NCBI RefSeq assembly: GCF_004010195.1
Contig: NC_057718.1
Coordinates: 45,195,471-45,236,293, forward strand
Length of the DNA stretch: 40,823 nt
Origin: Chiloscyllium plagiosum
Lineage: Eukaryota
Reading direction: 5' to 3'
Shown one piece after another: positions 22,610 to 34,726 of the stretch (its first letter is position 1; every line of letters starts with the position of its first letter). The translations under genes were made by a program, and so were the position numbers. The notes below the pieces were generated by a model, which made no database searches, was not told the DNA's origin, and saw nothing but the letters and a program-made list of their open reading frames with translations.

Positions 22610-23520
22610 TGTGGTTCCATTTTGGGATGATGTGTGGCTTGAAGGAGAATTTGCAGTTGGTGGTGCAGCCACATTTCTGATGCTCTTGTGATTCTAGGTG
22701 GTAGAGATCACAGGTTTTGAAGATACTGTTGAAAAGTGCTTGGGTGGCTTGCTGCAATGCATATTATAGATGGTACCCACTCTAGCATTGTGCATCAATA
22801 GTGAAGGAAGTGAGTATTGAAGGTAGTAGGTGGAATTTTCATCAAGTGGGCTAACTTGTCCTGAGTGATGTCAAGCTTCTTGAATATTGTTAGAATCCAC
22901 CTATCCAGGTTGGTGGATAATATTCCATTACATCCCTGATTTGTTATTTGTCAATGTAGGATGGGCAATGGGAAGACAGGATGTGAATTGCTCGCAACCT
23001 AATTCCTGGTCTCTCACCTGCTCTAACTGCCAGATAGCACAGTTCAGTTTTTGGTCAGTGTAAGCTACAGGAATCAGAAATGTTTAGATTCCATCCTGTT
23101 CAAAATGGTCATTGACTCACATTTGTGTAATGCAAATGTTACTTGAATGTTGTGCATGTCTTGTTGCGTATGAATATGGTCTGCTTCACTATCTGATGAA
23201 TCGTGATGAACATAGGCAACCATCAGCAAACATCCAACTCTGAACCTTTGATGGGAAGAAGCGGACAATCTTTGAGCTGAGAATAATATTTTATGATGTT
23301 TTGGGACTGAGACATTGGACCTTCAATAAACACAACCATATTCCTTTGAGCTAGGTGTGAATCTATCCAATAGTTGTTTTTGTTTCATTTGATTCGCATT
23401 GACTTAAGTTTTGCAAGACCTCCTTGAAATCATACTTGATCAAATGCTGACTTGATAACAAGGATAGTCACTCTCACGTCAACACTGGAGTCCAACTCTT
23501 TTATCAGTGTTTGGACACCT
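22610..23520 (-). mobile_element. Decayed CR1/L2-group LINE, 3' part
   Basis: Reverse-strand RT-like remnants (LDIxSAFDQV-like at ~23435-23460); ORF 22560-22757 resembles the 3' region of shark LINEs. Confidence 0.6.
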
Positions 23521-23544
23521 GTTCTAGTCCATCAATATCTATGC

Positions 23545-24093
23545 TACAAAGAAGAAAGCACACCAACCCCTCTACTTCCTCAGAAGGCTAAGGAAACTCG
23601 GCAATGACTCTGAACAATTTTTATGGATGCACAATAGAAAGTATCTTGTCCAGATGCATGACAGCTTGGTTTGGCAACTAAGACCGCAAGAAATTACAGA
23701 AGGGTAATGAATGCAGCCCAATCACAAAGGCCAGCCTACTTCCACTGACTCCATCTACACTTACCACTCAGAAAAGTAATCAACATAATCAAGGACCCCC
23801 TCCCACCTCAGTTATACTCTCTTCACCATCTCCCTTCAGCAGAAGATACAGAAGTTTGAAAACAAGTACCAACAGATTCAAGAACAGCTTATCCACTAAT
23901 ATCAGTCTTATAATGGACTTCTTGTATATGAGAGTTTATCTTTCTCTGCACCTTCTCTAAAGCTGTAACACTATATTCTGCATTCTGTTCTATTACCTGA
24001 TGTCTTTATGTAAAGTATGATTTGTATGGTCAACACACAAAACAATACTTTTCACTGTATCTCTTAATTGTGACAATAATAAATCAAATCAAA
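23545..24093 (+). mobile_element. Rex1/Babar-type LINE 3' end
   Basis: LYFLRRLRKLG..NFYGCTIESILSRCMTAWFGN and TNRFKNS motifs; tail aataaatcaaatcaaat. Confidence 0.85.
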
Positions 24094-24326
24094 TTAAGGC
24101 TGCAATGTTATCAAATGCTTGTTGAACCTAAACTGAGCATTAGTGGGCAATCTGTTCCTTTTAAAGTGCTGCTACTTGATAACACTATCAGTGACCCCTT
24201 CCATCATTTTGCTGATGATCGAGAATTGACTGATAAAGCAGTGAGAGACACAGAATGCAGGAGAAACTCAGCAGTTCTGGCAGCATCTCCAAACAAGAGA
24301 AACAAAGTTACCATACCATCTGGTAT

Positions 24327-25740
24327 CGAGAGTGTGGTGCTGGAAAAGCACAGCAGGTCAGACAGCATCCGAGGAGCAGGAGAATTGACGTTTCAGGCAT
24401 AAGCCCTTCATCAGGAATGAGGCTTGTGGGTCGTGGCTGAAAGACAAATAGGAGGGGCTGGGGTTGGGAGGAGGTAGCTGGAAAAGCGATAGGTGGATGA
24501 AGGAGAAGGTGATAGGTCAGAGGGGGCAGTGATGGACGAGTCTGGAGGACAGTGCTGAGTTGGTGGGATAATGTGGGGGAAGGATAAATGAGGAAGTTGT
24601 TGAAATCCACAGTTATCCTGTGTGGTTGCAGGGTCCAAGGCGGAATATGAGGCATTCCTCCTCCAGGCATCAGGAGAAAATTCAGGACTTGCATGTCCTT
24701 GATGGAGTGGGAGGGGGAATTGAAGTGTTCAGCCACAGTGTGGTGGGGCTGGTGGGTGCGGATGTCCCAGAGATATTCTCTGAAATAGTCCGCAAGAAGG
24801 CGTTCTGTCTCCCCGATGTAGAGGAGACCACACCGGGTGCAACAGATGCAGTAGATGACATTGGTAGAGGTACAGTTGGACTTCTGACAGATGTGGAAGG
24901 ATCCCTTAGGGCCTTGAACAGAGGTGAGGGGAGTGGTGTGGGTGCAGGTTTAGCGCTTCCTGCGATGGCAGGGAAAGGTGCTAGGAATGGGGTGTGGGCT
25001 GGTGGGGAGTGTGGACCTGATGAGAGAATCGCAGAGGTAATGGTCTTTTGGAACGATGATAGCGGTGGGGAGGGAAATATATCTCTAGTGGTGGGGTCCA
25101 TTTGGAGGTGGCGGAAATGGTGGAGGATGATGCGTTGTATGTGGAGGTTGGAAGGTGAGGACCAGGGGGTTCTGTCCTTGTTGCGTTGGGAGGGGTAATG
25201 TCCAAAGGTGGTGGTGTTGAAGTGGAGGAGAGGCGCTGGAGGGCATCATCAAGCACGTGGGAAGGGAAGTTGAGATCATGGAAGAAGGAGGTCATCTGGG
25301 ACTTTCTGAGGTGGAATTGGTCATCCTGGGAACAGAAGCTGCAGATGCGAAAGAATTGGGAATAAGGGATGGTGTTTTTACAGGAGGTGGGGTGGGAGGA
25401 GGTGTGGTCGAGGTAGCTGTGGGAGCTGGTGGGCTTGTAGTATATGCCTGTGGTTAGTCTGTCGCCAGAGACAGTGATGGAGAGGTCCAGGAAGGGGAGG
25501 GAGATTGCCAAGATGATTCAGGTGAATTTGAGGTCGGGATGGAAGGTGTTGGTAAAGTTCATGAATTGTTCAACCTCCTCGTGGGAGCACGAGGCAACGC
25601 CGATACAGTCATCAATGTAGTGGAGGAATGTGAGGGGTGGTGCCAGTGTAATTACAGAAGGTGGGCAAACAGGCAGGCATAGCTGGGTCTCATGTGGGTG
25701 CCCATTGCTACCCCTTTGGTTTGGAGGAAGTGGGAGGACT
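24327..25740 (-). mobile_element. Penelope-like retroelement (RT C-half, GIY-YIG, pLTR), frameshifted
   Basis: GVAMGTHMRPSYA and YIDD RT motifs (~25600-25715), LPFLDLSI..YYKPTSSHSYLD, GIY-YIG remnants, pLTR with HHR. Confidence 0.92.
24383..24418 (-). ncRNA. Minimal hammerhead ribozyme motif
   Basis: CUGAUGA-A-GGGC UUAU GCCU-GAAAC-GUC; core intact, helix I weak. Confidence 0.65.
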
Positions 25741-25899
25741 TCTTCAGAACACTTGAAGATTCTTCTTTTGAAGAGTGTAATACCAGACTTGTAATATTAA
25801 TTGTTTCTCTTGCCGCAGATGATGCCTGACCTGCTGAGTTTCTCTGGCATTCTCTGTGATTGTTTCAGGTTTCCGGCAACTACAGTTTTTTTATTCTAG

Positions 25900-27025
25900 T
25901 GACATAGCAGTAATTGGCTGGGTTATATTTGTCCTTTATAGAAAGAGCATACCAGGAAAATTTCCCTATTGCCAAGTAAATAATAGTGTTGTGTCTCGAA
26001 GGTAACAGCTTGGCTATGTGCGGGGCTATTTCTGGAACACAAGCCTTCAGTGCCACTGCCAGAATATAATCAAAGCCTATAACCTTTGCATTATCTACTG
26101 CCTTTCAACTGTTCTTGATATCATGGGGAATGAATCAAATTGTCTGAAGACAGCACCTGTAGTACTGGGAATTTAAGGAGGGAGATCGTCATTGAGATGG
26201 GGGTTATTTGTGGAGCCTCCTCTTTCTGTTCATTGATTCATTGTTCACCATCATTCACACCAGGATGTGGCAGAACTGCAGAACTTAGACTTGATTAATT
26301 GATTTTGGGACTGCTTATCTTTCTCTCGTGCTGTTTTAAAAAAATTCTCAAGGTCAAGGACCAGGCTCGCAGGAAAGTAGTCTGACACAGAACAAACAGC
26401 CAAGAGGCGAGTCTGCTAGAATATAAGTGTTTTATTCCCCGCAGCGTCGCCACAACCAGGTCTCGTACTTACAACGGGTCTGGTTTATACTCACTCTACG
26501 TGTTACCGGAACTGGGAGCCGTCAGTTCTCGTAGAGCGGTTGCCAACAACCCACGCTCGGCGGTTAAACGCAACCCCGGAGCAGACTCACCGAACTGGAG
26601 ACTTTTCCAGCTGATATACTCTTTTCCAGATATAAACATTCATGTGAACAGCAGAGCAAGGCTAAAAAACACATTCCATTCTGGTTACATACAGATAAGA
26701 AGATTCACACGGGGAGGTGTGTAATAAGATTCACACGGGACTAAGCAACACCTCCATTCCGGTTAGATTCACACATGTATTGGGACACAATTTTAACCCT
26801 TTCACCACACGTGCTTCTGCAGTTTGGGATGCAATGTAGTTTCACCTTGCTGCCACATCATTTTTAGGTATGCCTGGAGTTACCATTGACATACCCTGCT
26901 GTCGTCATTGAGTAAGAGTAGGTGTCCAAATTGATGGTCATGATAAAGTGTGAAATATGATATACTATAAGTCTGCACATTGTGATTGAGTACAATTCTG
27001 CTGCTGCTATTGGCCCACAACTTCA
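25900..27025 (-). mobile_element. Decayed LINE segment hosting a solo LTR
   Basis: Resembles the middle region of the LINE family seen at 22610-23520; sequence appears continuous across the LTR insertion. Confidence 0.5.
26332..26809 (-). mobile_element. Young solo LTR (478 bp, ERV-like)
   Basis: TGT...ACA termini; 5-bp TSD CGTGC at 26327-26331 and 26810-26814; minus-strand TATA-like at 26614-26618 and AATAAA at 26431-26436; AGATTCACAC x3; CpGs retained. Confidence 0.88.
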
Positions 27026-28029
27026 TCTTATATATTTAATAAGAGTTAGTTTGAGCTCTTGCTATATTGAAAGCAAGTGCCAAGATATTTTCACACATAA
27101 TGTACTGCATAGCACAAAACACTATAAAATGTGTGGGTAATCCCACCATTTGCCTGACAATAGCATGGTCATATATAATATATATTAAACTTAATATATA
27201 AAGTTTTCTCTAAGCTGCATGTCCATCAACCTCTGGAAACCTCTGGAAAACTCCTCTACACGCAAATAAGTTTCCTATTCCAGAAGCTGATGCCCCATAA
27301 AAATGTCAGAATTCCACACATTGGCAGGAAAAATTAGAGGAAATATTGATTATAAGTGTAGATTTTTAGCAGTTTATCTTACTGCAGTCTATTTTTGTTA
27401 AGTAAAAAAATGAAAAACCCTAGGTTTATGTTGAAATCACAACAAATCATATTTATAGATTACTTTTAAAGTAGTAGAAAATCTTTAGTCAAAGTTTGAC
27501 ACCATACCACATGAAGTGATATTGGGGTAGATTACCTAAAGTGAGCAAATAGTTGGTGGGTGAATGATTATACTTGTCCATTTCACTAACAGTCTCCTTT
27601 TGGGCTTAACCCTTCGTCAGGACTCCCCTGACAAGGGGTTAAGCCCAAAACATCAACTGCCTTGCTCCTCAGATGCTGCCTGACCTCCAGTGCCTTTTCC
27701 AGCGTCCCACTTATCGAATCTTTCCTATCTTCTCAGCCATTGCAGTCCAACCGTTTTGTTCCTTGTACACCACCAATTTTATCCACTACTGATTTAAAAA
27801 CACTTCCATTTGTATCTTCCTTCTTTTCTGAAAATTTGTCATCAGCCTAAAAGGTTAATACTGTTTGTCTCCATAGATCCCGCTTGGCAAGATGAGAATT
27901 TCTAGTGCTTTCAGTTTGAATTTCACAATTTTCTGGATTTGCTGGAAGCATTTTTTCTTTTGTATCAATTCAGCTTTTAAATGGTTTATACTTATATCAA
28001 AAATCACAAATAGGATAGGCTTTAACTTT

Positions 28030-28438
28030 GTTCATTGGAGCTTAGGAGATTGACAGGTGACCTTAAAGAAGTGTATATAATAATGTGGGGTATAGTTAGA
28101 GTTAATTATAGTTATCTTTTCCCTAGGATGGGGGATTCACGACTAGGGAGCACATCTCTTAAGGTGAGTGGAAGAAGATTTAAAAAAGACATGAGGGGCA
28201 ATTCTTTTACACAGAGGATGGTTCACATGTGGAATGAACTTCCTGAGGAAGTGGCAGATGTGGGTACAATTACAACATTTAAAAGGCATTCGGATAAATC
28301 TATGAATAGGAAAGGTTTGGAGGGATATGGGCCAGGAGCAAGCAGGTGGGACTAGTTTTGTTTGGGATTATGTGTGGCATGGATGGGGCTAGACCAAGGG
28401 GTCTGTTTCCATGCTGTATTACTCTATGGCTGTGACTC
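28030..28438 (+). mobile_element. CR1 LINE 3' end
   Basis: ELRRLTGDLKEVY...FTQRMVHMWNELPEEV; tail gtctgtttccatgctgtattactctatg. Confidence 0.92.
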
Positions 28439-28519
28439 TTACCCTTTACAAAGACTTACACATGGGTTGGCCCAGTAATTCCAGGCTCACTCTTCCAACT
28501 GTCCAGACATGCTGCTAGC

Positions 28520-28553
28520 CTGAAGAAGGGCTTATGCCTGAAACGTCGATTCT
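28520..28553 (+). ncRNA. Minimal hammerhead ribozyme motif
   Basis: CUGAAGA-A-GGGC UUAU GCCU-GAAAC-GUC. Confidence 0.6.
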
Positions 28554-28605
28554 CCTGCTCCTTTAATGCTGCTGACCTGCTGCGCTTTTCCAGCAACACA
28601 TTTTT
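28522..28605 (+). mobile_element. ~85-bp PLE pLTR mini-insertion (HHR plus pLTR tail) with 13-bp TSD
   Basis: TSD ATGCTGCTAGCCT at 28509-28521 and 28606-28618; content matches the right arm of the 6.5-kb palindrome. Confidence 0.88.
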
Positions 28606-28799
28606 ATGCTGCTAGCCTTGCCTTGCTTGCCTTCCACAGTGCTCGTGGTTCTGCCTAGGCTACGAATATCCAGAATCTGTGTTCCACATGATGAAAGCTA
28701 TGATGTGAACCCTACATGTCTTAGACCTTGCTATGTTGCCATTTGCTGTTCTGTAGAAATATAGAAACATCGAAAATAGGAGCAGAGTAGCACAGAGCA

Positions 28800-31700
28800 G
28801 AAAAACTCAGGGGAGATGATCAAAGTCTCCAGAACACAAAATAATGTGTTTGGAAAGGGGTAGAAATCAAACTTCAAGCACATTGGATAAAGGGCTGGTA
28901 ATGAGAAGAGGGATGGTAAATACATGACTGAAGGTGTTGTATAATGAATGAACGCAGTATACAAAATAAGGTAAATGAGCTTGTGGCACAGATGGAAATT
29001 GGCAGGGATGATGTGGTGGGCATCACGGAGACATGGCTGCCAGGGGATCAGGACTGGGAGCTAAATATCCAAGGAAATATATCCTCTTGAAAAGAGAAGC
29101 AAGTGGGCAGAGGAGTTGAGGTTGCCTTATTAGTAAGAAATGAAATTGCATCAATAGCAAAAAATGACATAGGGTCAGATGATGTAGAATCTGTTGAGGA
29201 ACCACAAAGATGAAAAAGCCATATTGGGAATTATGTACAGGCCTCCAAACAGTAGTCAGAATTTGGGGCACAAGATATACCGGAGACAGAAAAGGTGTGT
29301 AAGAAAGGCAAGGTTATAGTGATCATGGGGGATTTCAATATGCAGGTGGATTGGGAAAATCAGGTTGGTAGTGGATTGCAAGAAAAGGAATTTGTGGAAT
29401 GTCTGCAAGATGGCCTTTTGGAGCAGGATGTAGTCAAGCCCACTAGGGAACAGGCAATTCTGGATTTAGTGTTGTGCAATGACGCAGACTTAATAAGGGA
29501 GTTTAAGGGGAAGGAACCCTTAGGAGGCAGTGACCATAGTATGATAGAATTTACTTTGCAATTTGAGAGGGAGAAGCTGGAATCAGATGTAACAGTATTA
29601 CAATTGAATAAAGGCAACTACAGAGGCATGAGGGAGGAGCTGAGAAGAATTGACTGGGAGAGGAGCCTAGCATGAAAGACAATGGCAGATGTTTCTGAGA
29701 GTAATTCAGGAGACACAGCAAAAATTCATTACTAGGAACAAGAAGCTCACTAAAAGGGAGGACAAGGCAACCATAGCTGACAAGGGAAGTCAGAGACCGC
29801 ATAAAAGTAAATGAGAAAACATATAATGTGGCAAAGGGCTGTGAGCAGCCAAAGGATTGGGAATCCAACAAAGGCCAACAGAGGGCAACAAAACAGAAAT
29901 AAGGAAAGAAAAGATTAAATATCAGAGCAAGCTAGCCAATAATATAAAAGAACTTAGATATATACAGGGCAAAATAGAGGGAAAAGTGGACCTTAGGCCA
30001 CTAGAAAATGACATTGGAGAACTAGTAATGGGGAACAAAGAAATGGCTGAGGAACTGAATAAGTACTTTGCGTCAGTCTTCATGATAGGAGGCTTGAATA
30101 ACATCCCAAAAGTTCAAGAGAGTCTGGGGTAGAGGTGACTATGGTGGCCATCACCAAGGAGAAGGTGCAAGAAAGTCTGAAAGATCTGAAGGTGGACATA
30201 TCACCTAGACCAAATGGATACACCCCAGAGTTATAGAGACAAAGAGATGTACAGCACCAAAACAGACCCTTCAGTCCCACTCGTCCATGTCAATCAGATA
30301 TCCTAAATTAATCTAGTCCCATTTGCCAATGCGTAGCCCATTCATACACCCATCCCAATGTCTTTTAAATATTGTAATTGTGCCAGCTTCCACCACTTTC
30401 TCTAGCATCTTATTCCATACATGCACCACCTTTGAAGAATTTCCCCCGACGTCCCTTTTAAATCTTTCCCCGCTCATCCTAAACCTATGCCCTCTAGTTC
30501 TGGACTCCTATACCCCAGATAAAAGACCTTGTCTATTTACTCTATCCATGCCCCTCATGATTTGAGAAACCTTTATAAGGTCACTCCTTAGCCTCCAACA
30601 CTCCAGGGAAAACAGCCCCAGCCTCTTCAGTCTCTCCCTTTAACTCAAACCCTCCAACCCTGGCAACATCCTTGTAAATCTTTTCTGAACCATTTCAAGT
30701 TTCACAACATCCTTCCTATAGGAGGGAGACCAGAATTGCACACAATATTCCAGAAGTGGCCTAATCAATGTTCTGTACAGCTGCAACATTTCCTCCCAAC
30801 TCCTATATGCAATGCTCTGACCAATAAAGGAAAGCATTCCAAATGCCTTCTTCACTATCCTCTCTACCTGCAAAACAGTATAACCTCACATTTTCCCACA
30901 TTATATTCCCATCTGCCAAATTTTTGTCCACTGGCTTAACTTGTCTGTATCCCTCTGTAGGGATCCTCACCACTTGCTTTTGCACATTGACAGCCCTGCA
31001 CTCATTGCAACCATGCAGCATCATTCAGTCTGAGGTGGTTGCCCTACTCCGCAGAAATAATTTGCAACAGATTTTTTTTTCCCAACTCCACCAATGACAC
31101 CTTGCTAGAGGATCTCATCCACACCATCTAGGAGAAATGGGGGAATCCTCTTTCCCAGTGAAGACAATAGGAAGCCTTCTCATCAGACCAAACTGACCTG
31201 AACGAAGATCACCACTCATGTTAGTGCCTTTTGGGCTCTTAAGGGAACCCAGTTCTAGTGCAAGAAGATGTTGAATTATTTCATATACGCCACAAGACTA
31301 AGTGATACCGTCTAATACTGTAAGCTGACACTCATAATGACATTCTGATGGAGTTGGCTGAAGAGATCGTGGAGACGTTAGTGATGACCTTTCAGGAATC
31401 ATAGGAGTCAAAGAGGGTCCCAGAGGACTGGAAAATCGCTAATGTAACACCCTGTTTAAGAAAGAAGTAAGGCAAAAGACAAGAAATTACAGGCTGACTA
31501 GCCTGACCTCAGCTGTTGATAAGATTTTGGAGTCCACTGTGAAGGATGAGATTTCTGAATACTTGGAGGTGCATAGTAAAATAGGACAAAGTCAGCATGG
31601 TTTCATCAAGGGGAGGTCATGCTTGACAAATCTGTTAGAATTATTTGAGGAGGTGGCAGGCAGGTTAGGCCAAGGATAGCCATTGGATGTTACTTACTAG

Positions 31701-32845
31701 GACTTCCAGAAGCCCGTTGACAAGGTGCCGCACAGGCAGTTGCTGAGTAACGTAAGAGCCCATGGTGATTAGAAATAAGGTACTAGCGTGGATAGAAGAT
31801 TGGCTGTCTAGCTGAAAGCAGAGAGGAGGGATAAAAGGTTCCTGCTCAGGATGGCAGCTGGTGACTCGTGGTATTCTGCAAGGATCAGTGTTGGGACCAC
31901 AGCTTTTCAATTTACACGTTAATGATCAAAATGAAGGAACTGAAGGCATTCTGGCGACATTTGTAGAGGGACTGGTAGTATTAAGGAGGCAGGGAGGATG
32001 CTGAAGGATTTAGGTTAGAAGAATGGGCAAGGAAGTGACAGATGGAATACAACTTGGAAAAGTGTGAGGTCATGCACTTTGGTGGGAAGAATAGAGGCAT
32101 GGACTATTTACTAAGTGGAATGAAAATTCAGAAATCTGAAGTGCAAAGGCATTTGGGAGTCTAGGATTCTCTTCCGGTAAACTTGCAGGTTGAGTCAGTA
32201 GTTGGGAGGCAAATACAATATTGACATTTATTTTGAAAGGACTAGAATATACAAGTAGAAATGTATTTCTGAGGCTTTATAAGGCAGTGGTCAGACCACA
32301 TTTAGAGTGAGCAATTTTGGGCTCCATATCTCAGGAAGGATCTACTGACCCTGGTGCAGGTCCAGTGGAGGCTCATGTGAATGATCCCAAGAATGAAAGA
32401 CTTAACATATGAGGAATGTTTAAGGACTCTGGTCTAAACACGATGGAGTTTAGAAGGTTGAAGGACGATCTAATTGAAACTTACAGAACACTGAACGACC
32501 TGGACAAAGCGAACGTTGGGAAGATGTTTTCATTAGCAGGAGAGACTGGGATCTAAGGGCAAAGCCTTAGAGCAAAAGGAAGACCCTTTAGAGTGGAGAT
32601 GAGGAGAAACGTCTTCAGCCAGAGAGTGGTGAATCTATGGAATTCTTTACCACAGAAGGCAGTGAAGGCCAGGTCATTGAATATATTTAAGATAGAGATA
32701 GGTAGGTTCTTGATTAACAAGGCGATCGAGGTTATAGAGAGAAAGCGGGAGAATGGGGTTGAAAAATCTATTACGCACGATTGAATGGTAGAGCAGACTC
32801 GATGGTCCAAATGGTGTAATTTTTGCTCCTTTGTCTTATGGTCTT
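28800..32845 (+). mobile_element. Long decayed CR1 LINE (nearly whole ORF2: APE endonuclease plus RT), interrupted at ~30233-31343
   Basis: Endonuclease motifs IMGDFN, ILDLVL, GSDH (ORF 29295-29675); RT motifs QHGFIKGRSCLTNL (~31593), DFQKPVDKVPH, QGSVLGP; C-terminal FSQRVVNLWNSLP; tail gtcttatggtctta. Confidence 0.93.
30233..30870 (-). mobile_element. CR1 3' fragment nested antisense in the long CR1
   Basis: ORF 30640-30873 LYRTLIRPLLEYCVQFWSP; reverse-complemented tail atagagacaaagagatgtacagc. Confidence 0.92.
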
Positions 32846-33512
32846 ACTTGGCCCTTTGAGCCAAATTCAATATGATAATGGCTGATCATCCAAGGTCACT
32901 GAAATCCAAATGTGAACTCTGTTTTCTGTCTGCAGATGTTGCCAGACCTGCTGAGTTACTACAGGAATTCCTGTTTTTGTTTCTCATTTCCAGCAAATGC
33001 AGTACTTTGGTTTCTTTGCTGAGCATCTAACCTAATACCCTGTTTCTGCTTTCTCATCATACCCTTTGATCCCTTTAGCCATAAGAACTATATCTAATTC
33101 TTTTGTGGAATACATTCAAGGTTTTGGCCTCTACCGCTTTTTATGGCAGAGAATTCCACGAGCTCACCACTTTGTGTGACACAATTTCTCCTCATCACTA
33201 TCATAAATGGCCTTCGTCATAATTTCAAATTGTTATCCCTGGTTCTGGACTCCATAGTCGTTGGAAACATAATTCCTGCATTTATCAAGTCTAGTTCCTA
33301 TTAGAATTTTATAGGTTTCTATGGGATCCCCCATTCCTTTTTTTTCTGGACTCCAGTGAATATAGTCCTAACTGATCCAATGTCTCTTCATATGTCAGTC
33401 CTGCCATTCCAGGAATCATTGAGGAGAAAGTGAGGTCTGCAGATGCTGGAGATCAGAGATGGAAATGTGTTGCTGGAAAAGCGCAGCAGGTCAGGCATCT
33501 AGGGAACAGGAG

Positions 33513-33548
33513 AATCGACGTTTCGGGCATAAGCCCTTCTTCAGGAAT
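33513..33548 (-). ncRNA. Minimal hammerhead ribozyme motif (intact core)
   Basis: CUGAAGA-A-GGGC UUAU GCCC-GAAAC-GUC. Confidence 0.7.
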
Positions 33549-34113
33549 GAGGAAAGTTGGTCCAGCAGGCTAAGATAAAAGATAGGGAGGAGGGACTTGG
33601 GGGAGGGGCGTCAGAAATGTGATAGGTGGAAAGAGGTCAAGGTGAGGGTGATAGGTCAGACTGGGGGGGGGGCGGAGAGGTCGGGAAGAAGATTGCAGGT
33701 TAGGAAGGCGGTGCTGAATTTGATGGATTTGACTGAGACAGGCTGGGGGGAGAGGAAATGAGGAAACTGGTGAAATCCGAGTTCATCCCTTGTGGTTGGA
33801 GGGTTCCTAGCCAGAAGATGAGGCGTTCTTCCTCCAACCATCGTTTCGCTGTGGTCTGACGATGGAAGAGTCCAAAGACCTGCATATCCTTGGTGGAGTC
33901 GGAGGGGGAATTGAAATGTTGAGCTACAGGGTGGTTGGGTTGGTTGGTCCGGGTGTCCCAGAGGTGTTCTCTGAAACGCTCCGCAAGTAGCCGGCCTGTC
34001 TCCCCAATATAGAGGAGGCCACATCGGGTGCAAAGGATATCCTCTTCGTAGGATATGTGGAACAATCCATCTTCCGCAACTACACTGGCCCCACCCCCCA
34101 CCTTTTCCTCCGC

Positions 34114-34170
34114 NNNNNNNNNNNNNNNNNNNNNNNNNNNNNNNNNNNNNNNNNNNNNNNNNNNNNNNNN
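34114..34170. other. Assembly gap (57 N)
   Basis: Run of N near the centre of the inverted PLE. Confidence 1.
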
Positions 34171-34690
34171 ATCTGTACCTCCACACATATCATCTATTGC
34201 ATCCTCTGTACCCGATGTGGCCTCCTCTATATTGGGGAGACAGGCTGGCTACTTGCGGAGCGTTTCAGAGAACACCTCTGGGACACCCGGACCAACCAAC
34301 CCAACCACCCTGTAGCTCAACAATTCAATTCCCCCTCCCCCTCCACCAAGGATATGCAGGTCTTTGGACTCTTCCATCGTCAGACCACAGCGAAACGATG
34401 GTTGGAGGAAGAACGCCTCATCTTCCGGCTAGGAATCCTCCAACCACAAGGGATGAACTCGGATTTCACCAGTTTCCTCATTTCCCCTCTCCCCAGCCTG
34501 TCTCAGTCAAATCCATCAAATTCAGCACCGCCTTCCTAACCTGCAATCTTCTTCCCGACCTCTCCGCCCCCACCCCAGTCTGACCTATCACCCTCACCTT
34601 GACCTCTTTCCACCTATCACATTTCCGACGCCCCTCCCCCAAGTCCCTCCTCCCTATCTTTTATCTTAGCCTGCTGGACCAACTTTCCTC

Positions 34691-34726
34691 ATTCCTGAAG
34701 AAGGGCTTATGCCCGAAACGTCGATT
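34691..34726 (+). ncRNA. Minimal hammerhead ribozyme motif (intact core)
   Basis: CUGA at 34695, GGGC UUAU GCCC stem, GAAAC, GUC at 34720-34722. Confidence 0.7.

Noticed and set aside
24620..25198. 192-aa plus-strand ORF
   Set aside because: Antisense shadow frame of the minus-strand PLE.
26701..26774. Spaced direct repeats (AGATTCACAC x3), superficially CRISPR-like
   Set aside because: Too short and irregular, eukaryotic context, and inside an LTR where short enhancer-type repeats are common.
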